A stretch of DNA of 64,000 nt from Octopus vulgaris (GCA_951406725.2 OX597830.1:38502001-38566000); one strand, 5' to 3'; shown: positions 17,499 through 31,248, counted from the stretch's first letter. Notes: generated from the letters alone by a model not told the origin. Numbers and translations are program-made.

Positions 17499-18136
17499 AT
17501 TTTAATCCACACCCCATATAGAAAAATGTTGAAAATGCACTAGGATTGGATTAGGCATTATATTTTGAGTATTTTAAAGAGTTAACCCGTTTCACAAGTT
17601 TCTCTGATTTTCAAACTTTGAGATACTATACTGCTACTACCTTGCTTCTGATTGGAGTTCAAAAATTCTTTTGTATTTATAGGAAACAGCTGAAATTGGT
17701 ATCTATTTCGGGTACGTCGCAATGTTGATTCAATGTATCTCGTGAGGATCACAAACTTTCAGGTTGCCTTAATTTTATCTGTCAAATGTTATAGAGGATG
17801 TTAACGTGAATAGCCTTAGAAATTTGTTTAGGTTCCCCAGTGTTAACATCATCTGACTAATTAAAATTGACATGTTTGAATGAACATGTCTATTTATAAA
17901 TTTAGATGCCCGAACAAGGCTCTATATTTAATTGGTTATGTGCTAATGTGGACAGGGGCTTTTTCTACTGGTTTTGATAAAAATGGTTTGTATCACATTT
18001 TAATACAAATCATACACAGGAAAAGTCTCGTATCTTGTTTAAGCTGTTAGTTGTATAAATTCAACTTGTCAAAGAGAAGATACTAATTATAGCGATGCTG
18101 TCTCTCATTTTCAACATCCATTTTCTATATATATTC

Positions 18137-18366
18137 ACTTTTACATGTTTCAGTCATCTGACTGCAGCCATGCTGGAGCACTGCCTTTAGGCGAACAAAT
18201 CGATCCCAGGACTTATTCTTTGTAAGTCTAGTACTTATTCTATCGGTATGCCTTGCAGAACAGCTAAGTCATGCAAACACACCAGCATCGGTTGTCAAGC
18301 GACGGTGGAGGGAGAAACACAGATACACAAACATATATACACACAAACGCACACACATATATATAT

Positions 18367-18400
<34 letters not shown>

Positions 18401-18408
18401 ATACATAA

Positions 18409-18472
<64 letters not shown>

Positions 18473-18572
18473 GACGGGCTTCTTTCACTTTTTGTCTATC
18501 AAATCCACCCACAAGGCTTTGCTCGCCCCGCGACTATAGTAGGAGACACTTGCCCAAGGTGCCACGCAGACT
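18137..18572 (-). mobile_element. tRNA-derived SINE, 5'-truncated, with internal (TA)n expansion
   Basis: Reverse complement matches the body and tail of 24351-24752. Confidence 0.88.
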
Positions 18573-19012
18573 GAACTCCTTTATTTGTACGATGTGGAAA
18601 ATATACCGCCAACTTTTCCCAAACTACCTGAACATTGGCTTCAAGGTCCATCCAAGCCTGGGACCTCGGGCCATACGTCCACTGCCCAATTCAAGATCAC
18701 AGCATACATATACACTGCAACATAATTTCTTTTCCTCAACAGGCCCTGCCCTATTTAACATTGTCCCGAAAGAGATCAAAGAGGAAAAGGATCCCATCAA
18801 CTTTAAACGGAGTCTGGATAGATTCCTTCAAAGAATACCAGATAAGCCACCCATAATTGAATACAACTCACCCAACAAGAACTCACTACTTGAATGGACC
18901 ATAAACAAAACTTGACATAAAAAGGATTCGAATAACCCTATCAGGTGGTGCTATTAAGTTAGACATGGCCTGGACCAATCTTTGGTCGAAACATATCTAA
19001 GTTTATCTAAGA
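18573..19012 (+). mobile_element. CR1-like LINE 3' fragment
   Basis: MWKIYRQLFPN...FSSTGPALFNIVPKEIK...FKRSLDRFLQRIPDKP parallels GPQLFNILPKSLR...FKSKLDIFLSRVPDE; 3' stem-loop and short tandem tail. Confidence 0.78.
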
Positions 19013-19276
19013 TTATATATATATTTGACAATCATTATTTTTTATTCGATTTTCTACCTGACGTGTATTGCCAGAACATTCGTGATTATACGAATACTGG
19101 TGACAACGAAGACGGTATTTGAGATGACTCTGATGGGGATAAATGTGATGTTTATGATGACAATAATCATGGTCATGATTATGACGACGACGATGATGAC
19201 GATGGTATTATAGCTATTGATGGTCATAATTTCCCTTTCAATATATCCTTGTCATATATGCTTCTGCTTGTGCCTG

Positions 19277-19454
<178 letters not shown>

Positions 19455-20476
19455 GACTGCATATGTGTGAATATATGATTATAAATATATGCATATATAT
19501 GTGTGTGTAGAAATATATATATATATATATATATATATAAAGACACACACAGTCACACAGATACGCACGCGCACTCAGACACAAACACAGACTCACCTAC
19601 TGACGCATACACACACACACACATGAATATAAATATTATATACCCGGATACATTAGGTGCAGCGCTAGTAAATTTTGTGTTATCATATAACTAAACAATT
19701 ATATGAAATATATCGTCTACCACATCAAAAAAACCGGTGCTAACGCTTTCAAAATTGATTAATAAAAGTTACGTTGTGACATCTGAACAAACGTCTCGCT
19801 AATAAAACTGAATAAATTTGTTCTTACCTCTATAAATGAATCGCAAAGTCATTTGGGAAAGTAGCTGACTTGGCAGAGAAGTAGCAATATTTTCTTCTTA
19901 ATGATACTTATGTTATGAGGAGTAATTATGTGAAATTACGTAGACGTCCCTAGTGGGGTTGTTCTTTTATTTTCTAACAAACTAGCGATTACTAACTTTC
20001 AAACATAATTGTTATATATATTATATTAGAAGCATATGTATACAGGTAGATATATGTATATAAATTAATTTATATTTATATTCATATACGTATGGAAAAT
20101 AGAAAACTTTTGTATTCATTATACAGATTAGAACTATAAGGTATTGTTCTTGTAGTAGCTGTGTCAAATATTCGGGGCATTACATTGTGTTTTCGTCTCA
20201 CGTATAGAAGTAATGCAGTTGGCAGTCATCAATTTTACAATACTTGATAGAATGCTATGCATATGTCTGATAGCGTGTATTCTTTTACGTGCTTTATTCA
20301 AAGGTGGATGTCACTGTAAGTCTCTTCTGCTTCATTTTTCGGAATCAATCTACTACATTTGATTGTTGCTCATAAAGTTCTCTTCGTCTTTTGCTTTTTT
20401 TATAAATTTCAACCATACATACATGCATCGATACATACATATACATACATACACACACACATATACACACTCACAA

Positions 20477-20524
<48 letters not shown>

Positions 20525-20528
20525 GATG

Positions 20529-21120
20529 TACGAGGGGATAACCAAAACTAACCGGAAACTTTCGCTGTGGGGCAACCCTATTATAGTTTAGGTTCTCGCC
20601 GCTAGAACCCAGTTGATGCATTTCTGAGACATCCCTCTGTCAATTGGCAGTGCCTATGTACGTTATGTTGCCACATGATGCGTCTTCGTTTTGCTGTGCT
20701 TCTCCTCTGTTCGTCGATTTTTGCGATGGCTGAAACGAAGGAACAGTGTACTTCCGAGAAATTCTGTTTTCTGCGGGCAAAACCCACAACCGAAAGAGTC
20801 GTGATGCTTCAAACAGCTTACAAGAACGCTGCCATCCATGATCAAAACATAAATTTTGCTCATGATCTTTGAGGACCGACACTGAACAATTGACGATCAT
20901 GTTTATATGATTGGTGTGTTCTGAATCTCCTGCAAGGACTTTTGAGCGAGGAAAATAGTCGCAGCAAAATTTGGGCCTCGCTTCCTCACGGAAGATCAAA
21001 AGTAGTCACGACTGAATGCGTGTCGTGAACTGAAACAACAAGTTGATCCAGACCTTTTTCCGAAGGTCATCACTGGTCATCATTGGTGTTACGGAATTTG
21101 CAGATGTGGCAGTGATGAAG
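20529..21120 (+). mobile_element. Decayed mariner element (left TIR and transposase N-terminus)
   Basis: TA-CGAGGGG terminus; MAETKEQCTSEKFCFLRAKPTTERVVMLQTAY (mariner HTH start). Confidence 0.75.
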
Positions 21121-22739
21121 AATAAAATGAGAATATGCAATACAGCTTAACAAATTTAAAATATTTCGCATTATTTTCAGATTCACTTTACATTCCTAGC
21201 AGTCGATCAGATTCGTAGATCATCCTACATCGGTTCGATTTAACTGTTAAAATCAGGAAATTCTGTAATAACAATTTTCATAAGAAAATCTTGCCTCCAT
21301 TGTGTCTAGCCTAGTTTGAATTTTTTGAAGATCACCATGATTTCGTGCTTCCCCTTTGAACATATAACAAATATATTATTTCCTCAATTTGAGCAACACG
21401 TTCATGATTACTTACTTTTTTTAATGACTCAATGACTTTTTCCTGTCTTTTTTTCCTTGACAACCTATGTCACTGTTTGCTGCCTCAGTGATAAAAGCGA
21501 TTGTCTGCAAAAACAGTCGATTAAATGTAATTTCTCCAGAAACGTGTAGATTTGATGCAATGAATACTGACAAGCCACTAGAGAGATCTGAAAATGGACC
21601 TTAATCATGCGATATAAAATTAGTTATAGAGCCGTAATTTATAGTTCTTTTGGTTTTACATATATTACCTAGACTTCAACGTAACTTCAGTACCCTCGCA
21701 CACGTTATATCCAGAAATATGCAATAAGTTTCCGGGGTTCCATCTGGTAAATACTCCACTTGGATGTGAGCGTGACAAAATACATTAACATTTTATGCCG
21801 ACGATGGAAAGTAAATGGTGTGTGTGATTTATGTTACGATTTAGTATAACGGATGTTACAGTTTCTCGTCGATATCACACAAAGCTAGGATATTTCACAT
21901 TAAATTAGAGATTATTCATGGATATCGTAACTGTTATACATTGAATAATGTTACATTAATCGTATGGAATATTTGCATGTGATTCAGTGTTATGATATTT
22001 CTCATAAATTTTCCATGCATTAACAGAAAATAAAGTTATGTTCACGATGTTGTCTAAGATTTTAGTAGAATGTAATAGATATTTTCAATTTAAGGTCATT
22101 CACTAGAAGGTCTTCTAACTGTATAACAAGAAAATAATTATTCCACTTGCATACACGCATATATACGCGGTTCTTTTCAATAAAGAGTCGATTTATGGAT
22201 AGCAGCAGTCTTTGTCTGCAATGACTAAGAGGTTCAAGAGCCAATGATCTGCAGACAGCAACGTAGTGATGAGGAAGCTGGAATAACAAAGCCGCTGTTA
22301 TTCTTGAGATTCCTGACCTTGGCTGTACCGTAAATGGAGAATGACAGGTTGAAGTACTCTCATCATAGAGCATATATTAAGATGTTTAGATAGAATAGGT
22401 TGCTGAAAACGATCAAGATTTGGCATCTTCCAGCTTCCGCTTGCCCCAGCGTATAAAGCGCAGATTTACCGTGGAGATTTGGTGCAGCAGAATAAAGAAA
22501 AGCGACTGTAAAAAGAATACAACTTTGCATACCAGAACTTTTCAAAAACGATTCGAAACAGGAGTTCAGCGATGGCACAACTTATGATGGATGTTATATA
22601 AAGAAAGTATTACTTGATTGCATGAAATATTTGAAGTCAGTTAAAAAGAAGGCCGGTCACTGACACTTGTACCCGTCTTCGTCTTCAGTACGAATAGTTT
22701 TACAAACTCACACACATTGAAATGTTATCTCATTTTCCT

Positions 22740-23170
22740 GCTTGCATTTCAATGTGGTCCCTAATATTTCTTATTATATTGGTGAAGGCGCAGTACTTCT
22801 AGCGAAAATGATTTTCTGCTGGTCGCACAGATTTATGGAGCGCTTTCTGCACTTGCGCTCATGTAGGAAATGTACTTCTTCGTAAAGGAAATTTAAGATG
22901 ACGAAAGAGGCGATAATCGAATGTGGCGCAATCTGGACTGTATGCGGATAGTTCCAGCATCTCGAAAGCCAATTTCTCAATGGCTTCAAGTTTGTGGGCG
23001 ACAATAAGTAAATTGCAAAATTGCAAAGAACGTGCCATTTCTTCGGTCACTCGTCGGTGCGACAAACTTTCATCTCACGAGCATGTTCAACCTTCACAGT
23101 AGTGATTTATATGGACCCCATCATGTTCGTCCCGTTGTTCGGCTAATTTTAAAAACTTCCGTTTTAGGCA
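22740..23170 (-). mobile_element. Decayed mariner C-terminal fragment
   Basis: LAFEMLELSAYSPDCATFDYRLFRHLK (cf. PYSPDLAPSDYHLF). Confidence 0.75.
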
Positions 23171-23227
23171 TACACATGTCTATGTCCTGAAGCACTGTCA
23201 TCGTATACATACATACATACATGCATA

Positions 23228-23302
<75 letters not shown>

Positions 23303-23375
23303 TACATATATACATATATATATATATATACATATTTACATATTTACATATATACACACACACACACACACATAT

Positions 23376-23406
<31 letters not shown>

Positions 23407-23444
23407 GTCTTACAACTAGCAGCAACTGCCTCGGATTTACCTCT

Positions 23445-23720
23445 TTGGTAGGCTGTTGCACTGAGGTTTGCTAGATCACGTGCCCGATTCCCGGACCGGA
23501 TGGTGCTCTGTATTCTTCAGCAAAACACCGCGTTCTACATTGCTCTAGTTCACTCAGCTGTAAACTGTAAGCCTTCGACTGATTTCTTTTCAAATTATGA
23601 GGAATGTTAACCTGCTCATCTAGTCAGCGGGGTGGTATCATACGAAGAGTAAAACAACGCAAAGCACATTGTAGCCAGCAATATATAACAACATCCGATA
23701 TTCTGATAAATACCGTGATA
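23445..23720 (+). mobile_element. Decayed SINE with the same tail as 24871-25160
   Basis: tagtcagcggggtggtatcat...aaaacaacgcaaagcacattgtagccagc matches about 25075-25135. Confidence 0.65.
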
Positions 23721-24249
23721 TATACTACCGGGCCAAAAGAGTGCTGACGTATTCGCAGAATCCGGTAATTTCAGATGCCATTCTGCTATTCAGTAAGACA
23801 TATTTTACCCAATTATCTACAAAATTTTAAATTAGTGCGAAGAATTAATGAGAAACAAACTGGAGATTCATTAATAATTTACGTGACCAATTTGTTAATC
23901 ATGTATTTAATGAATCAAAAATCTTGAAACGCGTGCAAAACACTTATAACTGGTTCTTTTATCAGATTTACGAGAAGAATTAGTTGGAAAAATCTTCTAA
24001 TGTCGACAAAGGAAGTTTCTAAATATTATTCACCTATTTTTATTTCAACTAGTGGAATGCATCTAACGCTACGTATACCAGCTTAACTCTAAGATTTATT
24101 TGGGCGTTTCTTCGAACCAGGTTTGACTGGTTAATGATCTCATATTTCCTCCTATTTATAGTAATTATAAGAAAGCAATTAACACTATTTTAATCCTCGT
24201 ACACTTCCTGTCTCATAAACAATATATATATAAATATATATATATGTAC

Positions 24250-24282
<33 letters not shown>

Positions 24283-24350
24283 TATACATATATATATACA
24301 TATATATATGTACATATATATATATATATTATATATATATATTATATATA

Positions 24351-24752
24351 GGAGTGGGAGTGGCTGTGTGGTAAGTAGCTTGCTAACCAACCACATGGTT
24401 CCGGGTTCAGTCACACTGCGTGGCATCTTGGGCAAGTGTCTTCTGCTATAGCCCCGGGCCGACCAATGCCTTGTGAGTGGATTTGGTAGACGGAAACTGA
24501 AAGAAGCCTGTCGTATATATGTATATATGTGTATGTGTGTGTGTGTGTTTGTCCCCGTAGCATTGCTTGACAACCGATGCTGGTGTGTTTACGTCCCCGT
24601 CACTTAGCGGTTCGGCAAAAGAGACCGATAGAATAAGTACTGGGCTTACAAAGAATAAGTCCCGGGGTCGATTTGCTCGACTAAAAAGGCGGTGCTCCAG
24701 CATGGCCGCAGTCAAATGACTGAAACAAGTAAAAGAGTAAAAGAGTAAAGAG
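24351..24752 (+). mobile_element. Full-length tRNA-derived SINE (octopus OK/OR-type)
   Basis: A-box-like tggctgtgtggt, B-box-like gggttcagtc, CORE-like cttgggcaagtg, internal microsatellite, 3' stem-loop and (gtaaaaga)n tail; at least 5 copies in the window. Confidence 0.9.
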
Positions 24753-24859
<107 letters not shown>

Positions 24860-24870
24860 ACGTATATATA

Positions 24871-25158
24871 GGTGGAGGCGCAATGGCCCAGTGGTTAGGG
24901 CAGCGGATTCGCGGTCGTAGGATCGCTGTTTCGATTCCCAGACCGGGCGTTGTGATGTTTATTGAGCGAAAACGCCTAAAGCTCCACGAGCCTCCGACAG
25001 GCGTTGGTGGCGATCCTTGCTGTACTCTTTCGCCACCACTTTCTCTCACTCTATCTTCTCTTGGCCTGCTCGCCTAGCCAGCGGGGTGGCGTCATTTAAA
25101 GGGTAAAACAATGCGAAACGCATTGTGACCAGCGATGAGTAGCAACATCTGACAGCCT

Positions 25159-25160
<2 letters not shown>
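24871..25160 (+). mobile_element. Second tRNA-derived SINE family, full length
   Basis: A box tggcccagtgg and B-box-like gtttcgattccc; tRNA-like head shared with 59125-59402 and 60940-61244. Confidence 0.85.
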
Positions 25161-25207
<47 letters not shown>

Positions 25208-25298
25208 TTTCAGATATTTTTCTGAAAGTTTGGTAAAATGAGATGTCAGTACTATTTTCAGTTTTGCGTTATGCAGACGACAGTTAATTCACCGCATC

Positions 25299-25346
<48 letters not shown>

Positions 25347-25445
25347 CCGCATCCTGGATATATATATATATATATATTCAGGATGCGGTGAATAAACTGT
25401 CGTCTACATGACGCAAAACTGAAAATAGTATTTTCAGTTTTACGT

Positions 25446-25449
<4 letters not shown>
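25208..25449. repeat. Inverted and reiterated copies of the maT terminus within (TA)n
   Basis: 25208-25302 is the reverse complement of about 25836-25931; 25343-25357 and 25378-25430 are further partial copies. Confidence 0.88.
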
Positions 25450-25512
<63 letters not shown>

Positions 25513-25522
25513 ATATATATAA

Positions 25523-25810
25523 ATAGGAAAAAGGCAACAAGAATGGATTAAAATCTCGGTACAATTGTTTCGTACGAGGACATCTTTAATAAGCTACAAA
25601 AAATGCAGTAAATACAGATAGCTCGTACTCGTCAGCCGAAAAAACATTAGAGAATTCCCAAACATCAAAAGGGGTAGATACAAAAGAGGGTGTAAGATTA
25701 ACTGCATTGAAGAAAGTTCGATTCCTGGAGATTCGATGAAAGGTCTTAAACTTACAGAATTTGTGCATGTCTATATATAGCTCATATTGAATTGCTAATC
25801 AAGTTATGTA
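25523..25810 (-). mobile_element. Short (TA)n-flanked insert carrying a hammerhead (Penelope pLTR or retrozyme-like)
   Basis: About 290 bp between TA arrays, containing a canonical hammerhead. Confidence 0.65.
25554..25641 (-). ncRNA. Canonical type I hammerhead ribozyme
   Basis: Minus strand reads TTTCGG CTGACGA GTACGAG...CTCGTAC GAAA CAATTG TA CCGAGA: intact core, 7-bp stem II, palindromic stem III, GUA cleavage triplet, 6-bp stem I. Confidence 0.88.
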
Positions 25811-25836
25811 TATATATGTATATATATATATATATT

Positions 25837-26321
25837 CAGGAAGCGGTGAATAAACTGTCGTCTACATAACCCAAGCCTGAAAATAGTACTGACATCTCAT
25901 TGTACCAAAATATCAGAAAAATATCTTGAAATACTAAAGAGTAAATTTATTCAATAAAATCGCTATTGGCGTCAACCACGTCCTCCAGACGACTCTTCTG
26001 GATGGTCTCCTTGTTTAAGGTGGCAAATGCTGCCATTACCATTGCCTTCAGGTCATCTTTGGTGTTACAAGGAATTTTGTGAGTCTCTCGCTTAACTGTG
26101 CCCCACATATAATAATCAAGGTGTTTGCCGTCTTACGAGGAAGGTGGCCAGATGCTAGGTGTGATGTGGTCGCAGAAATTGTCTGACAGCCATGACTGTG
26201 ACCTCCTGCTTATGCAGCATGGTGCAGATTCCTGTTGCTAGACATACTCTTTTCCAGCAGTCACCATCTTGACCCGGAGCAACACTTTTGCCTCCAGGCA
26301 CTTGATATAGTCCTCTCTATT
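25837..26321 (-). mobile_element. maT-like (DD37D) Tc1/mariner-superfamily transposon 3' fragment with terminus
   Basis: QQESAPCC...WLSDNFCDHITPSIWPPSS*DGKHLDYYMWG has 37 residues between the catalytic positions; CAGG terminus next to (TA)n. Confidence 0.8.
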
Positions 26322-26447
26322 GAGTTCCGGGTTCATTCCCACTGCGTGGCACCTTGGGCAAGTGTCTTCTACTATAGTCTCGGGCCGACCAAAGCCTTGT
26401 GAGTGGATTTGGTAGACGGAAACTGAAAGAAGTCCGTCGTATATATG

Positions 26448-26480
<33 letters not shown>

Positions 26481-26704
26481 ATGTGTGTGTGTATGTTTGT
26501 ATGCCTGTGTTTGTCCCCCCAACATCGCTTGACAACCGATGCTGGTGTGTTTATGTCCCCGTAACTTAGCGGTTCGGCAAAAGAGACCGATAGAATAAGT
26601 ACTGAGCTTACAAAAAATAAGTCCCGGGGTCGAGTTGCTCGATTAAAGGCGGTACTCCAGCATGGCCGCAGTCAAATGTCTGAAACAAGTAAAGAGTAAA
26701 GAGT
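26322..26704 (+). mobile_element. tRNA-derived SINE, 5'-truncated copy
   Basis: Closely matches about 24398-24752. Confidence 0.9.
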
Positions 26705-26719
26705 CTAACTACATATATA

Positions 26720-26945
26720 TTCTCCCTACCTCTCCTGTGTGACCCTTCTGTCCGGCCTTCGTCTTGACAGATCGTTAGCCACTACACAGTCTTTATTTTC
26801 TCACCTTGTGTCTTTCTGTGTTCGTTTATGTGAAAGAGCGTAGACTCGAAACGTTAAAGACTTTTTCATTTCCCGAGCGTTATACTAATACATATGTTTG
26901 TTGTCTACACCACCTGTCTTCGTCTTTTTTTTTTGAGAATTCTAT
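26720..26945 (+). mobile_element. Penelope-like terminal-repeat fragment with degenerate hammerhead
   Basis: GAG-cgtaga-CTC GAAACGTT AAAGAC in a pyrimidine-rich insert between TA runs. Confidence 0.45.
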
Positions 26946-28789
26946 CTTTCTCTCTATATATAAATTATTCTTAAACAAAAATGGTATTGGCAGTAACTTC
27001 CAACCCATCGTCGGATAATTCATTCAACTGGTACCCCAAACTTCCTGTCAATTATATATTCGTGTTTAAGAATAATAAATTCGTACTCGAAGTAAATATG
27101 GAGTAACCCTGCAGAGTAGTGTGATATTGTTTTATTATAACTGAACATAATAACACTGATTTCCCACACACATACACACACAAACACACACACACAAAAA
27201 CACATGCACACATATGTATATGTATGTATATTCACGCACTAAAGTTTTTATATGGTTAAGGTTATATAAATGAAACGTGAATAAATGTAGTATTAAGTTA
27301 GCTTCGTTGATCAATAGAATTTTAAGGTAACCGGCGAACGGATTAATGATATGAATATTAATAGGGGCCCATCTCATTTGCCAAAACCTGCATATATTTC
27401 ACATAACGTTAAATAGCGTGTAGAAGCTTATATTCCGCCAGTCATTTCATATACAGTCACACACACTGACATACATTTACATGTATCCTGAGAAAAACCT
27501 AACTATAGTTCATGTGGACAGATGCGTGTGGATATGGATGATCTTATGCATTTATGAGTGTGTGTTCCCGTCAATCTGCTCCAGTGTTTGTTTGCCTGAA
27601 TTTGTGAGATCGATTTACTGGAAACTGAATAATTATTTTATCTGCAGAACGAGAGCGAAGTTTGGTGGTAAATGTAACGCCTAATTGTAAATCAGAAAGA
27701 ACACGTACATTTGCATCTGCTTCAGGATATAAAAGTAAATATCATTATATACATTAAACTATCTCATCTCTTATTTAAAACCAAGTGAGCAAATTTACAT
27801 ATTGTTCTTAGTGTCATAGTCGTTTGGATAACAGTTTTGCAGTAACGATAAAAATAATACGAAAATATAATACAAAACAAAAGTTGGAAATTTTACATTC
27901 GAGAATATTATATATTCATGGTACTAAAGTTTGGTTAAAATCTCCGATATTCATGTGAAATCGTCCACGGTGAAGTAATTTGGTTATCAGAGAAGGCGGT
28001 TTTGCACATTAACTAAGGCTATGATCCATATAATCGAAATCGGCAACTAACTATAATTTGTATATTTGCCTTAAATGAGGTGATACGTCCGTTACGCTGA
28101 GACTAATACAATTTGTTTTTATAAATCAAGTAGTTTAAAATGTATGATTTAGTGTCACATTCAAATTCTTAATAGGTCCTTTTCCCATTCCATTATAAAT
28201 ATATTTACATAAATAATGTATCTTAAGTGCCGTAACCAATAACGACGACCCAGCTTTTTTATCACATAACTTGGTCATGAAATTATTTTTGAAAAGAAGG
28301 ATTGGATTCTCTAAATTAAGAGTGATGTCTGAAGAACGTTTAGATTAAATTATTTATTATTCGCATGATCTTATATAGATAGGAGATCAGTAATGTAGGT
28401 CGTTGATGTATAGGATTATTACACGGATTAAACGACACGGATTCAAGAATTTGCGAGACAATACAATTTGTACTTTCGCTTCGTACTACAAGATCACAAT
28501 CAATAAGTCAAGTCATTGTAAACAATAACTCAGATCGCTAATGTTGGTTTTATAGTTGTTGCTGAATGTCATTCATGGTGGTTGAATTCGGTCGAGCATC
28601 CCTATGATTAAAAGAATTGCAACTATAATCGGGCTTCTTTTTTAGGCTTACATATGATTACGGTTTCTCAAATGTGAGTTAGGCCTTGCAGCTGGTGTGA
28701 TTTGAGAAACATCTGCCATCGAAATCATTTGAAATGACCTCGTAGCATCTCAAATATCGACTCTCCCATCGTATTTCTTTAATGAGCGA

Positions 28790-29080
28790 AGATGCATGAC
28801 TTAGTATTTAGGGTATTCGACATACGATTTAAGTTCGTGAGTTCGATTTCCAGCTAAGCGCGTTGTCACTTGAGCAAGTTATTTTTATTATGACATAGCT
28901 CCAGTTAATTCAGTTAACAAAAATGAGTTGTACCAGCAATTCAATGGATGAGACTTATCAAGTTGTGTCTCCCTGAGAACTACGTTAATGCCACCTGCGT
29001 CTACGGAGTACTCATCATTTTCACGTCGATTTCACGAGAAGGCTGTGAACTGGGACTCTTTGTTGAAACCAATTGTGTTT
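28790..29080 (+). mobile_element. Old decayed tRNA-derived SINE
   Basis: A/B-box-like tgacttagt and gagttcgatttc, followed by cttgagcaag. Confidence 0.5.
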
Positions 29081-31199
29081 TTACATTTCGTTAGTGACTT
29101 TCCATAGCAGGACATAATTTATACGTATTATTTAAATTATTTTTATACCGCTAACATTCCCTATCATAAAGAACATAATTTGCTACTGAATAAGAATAGA
29201 AATAAAACATAACAAAAGTAACCTAACAATTCAGCAAATGTAAGCAATAAAAGGCAGTGGCAGGAAATATACAATTGGATGAATACGGTCAACTAAACCT
29301 TGAAGACAATACTCCGGCACGGCGGCATTTCCATATCTTAATCTAGAAAAAGTGAAATAATCGATGTGTGTTATGCAAAACTGCTGTAAGAAATTAACAT
29401 CTTTTTGAAGTGTGTCTTTATGTAACTTTTTAAAAGTAATGGCCAATGTCCAGTACAAAGTTGGGGAGCACATAAACAGCTGACCAACACGAACGTGATT
29501 ACCTGATTCCTCATTTCAAAGAAATTCAGTAAAGATATATTCCACTGCAATTCGTACGCCTGCGTGCAATAACTTCGTGTAATAGTGAACAATAAAGTGA
29601 ATTGTAAATCGGTAGTTATGTAACCTAATATAATGACTTATATATCAAGTCTTGTCAATTAACATTCAATTTACAGCAACAAGGAATCGAATCGCATTAC
29701 TCCACTAATATCTGAGAGTCAGTTACCATCTTCTTACAGAGTTGGGCAGATACTTATGCGTGTAACACATTCGCTTTATGAACATCGTGTAGTTTTTGTA
29801 TCCATCAAACTACACGATTCATTTCTAATATATCCTCAGGTCCATCAAAGCCTTTGGATAATATCCGGTATATTAAACCTGCGTGAAGTTCGTTGAATGT
29901 GTGCTTTCTGTTCCTGAATATGTACTTAAGTAACCATTTAGTTTAATTTAACCTCCTAATCTTTTTAATGTATTGTATTGTGTCCCAACTATGGCAAGTA
30001 TTCGGGTCACGTTGCCGGTCTTAAGTTTAAAACATCCATGTCATCGCCATTTCAATGAGAGAGCGATTTCCGAGATTCATTTTCTTTGTTACTAATGCAT
30101 AAACTCTCACCTAAATAAAATCCTTGCATGAACTTGTATGCACAATTGTTCTAGATAAAACTCAGGAAAACGCGTTAATGTTATTTCTAACATACATCTG
30201 TATCACCTTATAACAGAAGTGATCCTGAATAAGAGTCTGCACTTAGATAAGAGTAGTAAAATAAAATATATCATAATATCTGTGAATTTTGTGATCCTAC
30301 TTTTAATAATATACATTGAACATCAATAATATACTTCACTTATAAAAGTAAATATTTATTCAGTAATACATTCCACTACATTATCGGTAAAGGGGTTTAG
30401 TGTTTACAAATCCTGAATTATCTGAGTATAATGTCGTATTTTTTCTATTGTTCCGTGAAACTCAGTCATTAAAATTTCGCACAAAATAAATGCTTTCTAC
30501 GTTTCTCTACAACACCGAAATGTTGAAAATAGTTTCAAAATCACTATCGATTTTCTATGATTTTTTTAATATTGAATCCAATTGAAGTGCGATGATTATC
30601 CACTTTAAACGCTTCAACAAGAGCATAACACCGATTAATAATAGTATTTTGACTTCCAAAATATTCTGTAATACACGATAAATGTTTCTTTTTGCTGAGG
30701 TACAGTCCCGTAGTATTACAATAAACAACTACTGTTTTATGAACTAAAATTTTATTCACCAAGAATATATTAATGTGAAAAGTTTACATTCGTTAACATT
30801 ACATTTGAGGAGTACTATTCTATATTTCATGTATTTAATACAAGGAAATAATTTCATTAACTATCTATATTTACTACTAAGGTTTTCCGCTTGTCACGGT
30901 CACATCAATGAACAAGTAGCAATTAGAGAATCGAAAATCTTTCCAGCGGTCTTTCTTGCAGAGCCTCCGTGAGTATGTTTGAATTCTGAAACTCTTGCGA
31001 AAGTTTATAATGCATTTCCTATTAGTTAAACTATGGATAATGTTTTTAATTAGTAAAACGACAATAGTCTACAAACATATGCATTAATCCATTTAAACCA
31101 TAAACAATTCTCCCAATGAAAATATTGGTAAGGAGAATAAAGTAAGGAGAAAATGCTACAGGTAAGTTCTGAATGTTGATTATGAAAAAATATATATTT

Positions 31200-31248
31200 T
31201 TTTGTTTGTAATTTCAGCTCAGAGCTGCGTCAATGCTGGATCACTGCT
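31200..31248 (-). mobile_element. Isolated 3' end of the CR1-like family at 2649-3233
   Basis: tttcagctcagagctgcg is identical to 2662-2679. Confidence 0.7.

Noticed and set aside
22160-22650. Additional plus-strand mariner remnant
   Set aside because: Only faint TIR-like and motif-like traces; not enough to call.
24871-24950. Functional tRNA gene (also 61170-61244)
   Set aside because: The tRNA-like head continues into a multicopy SINE body and tail, with no clean cloverleaf or terminator.
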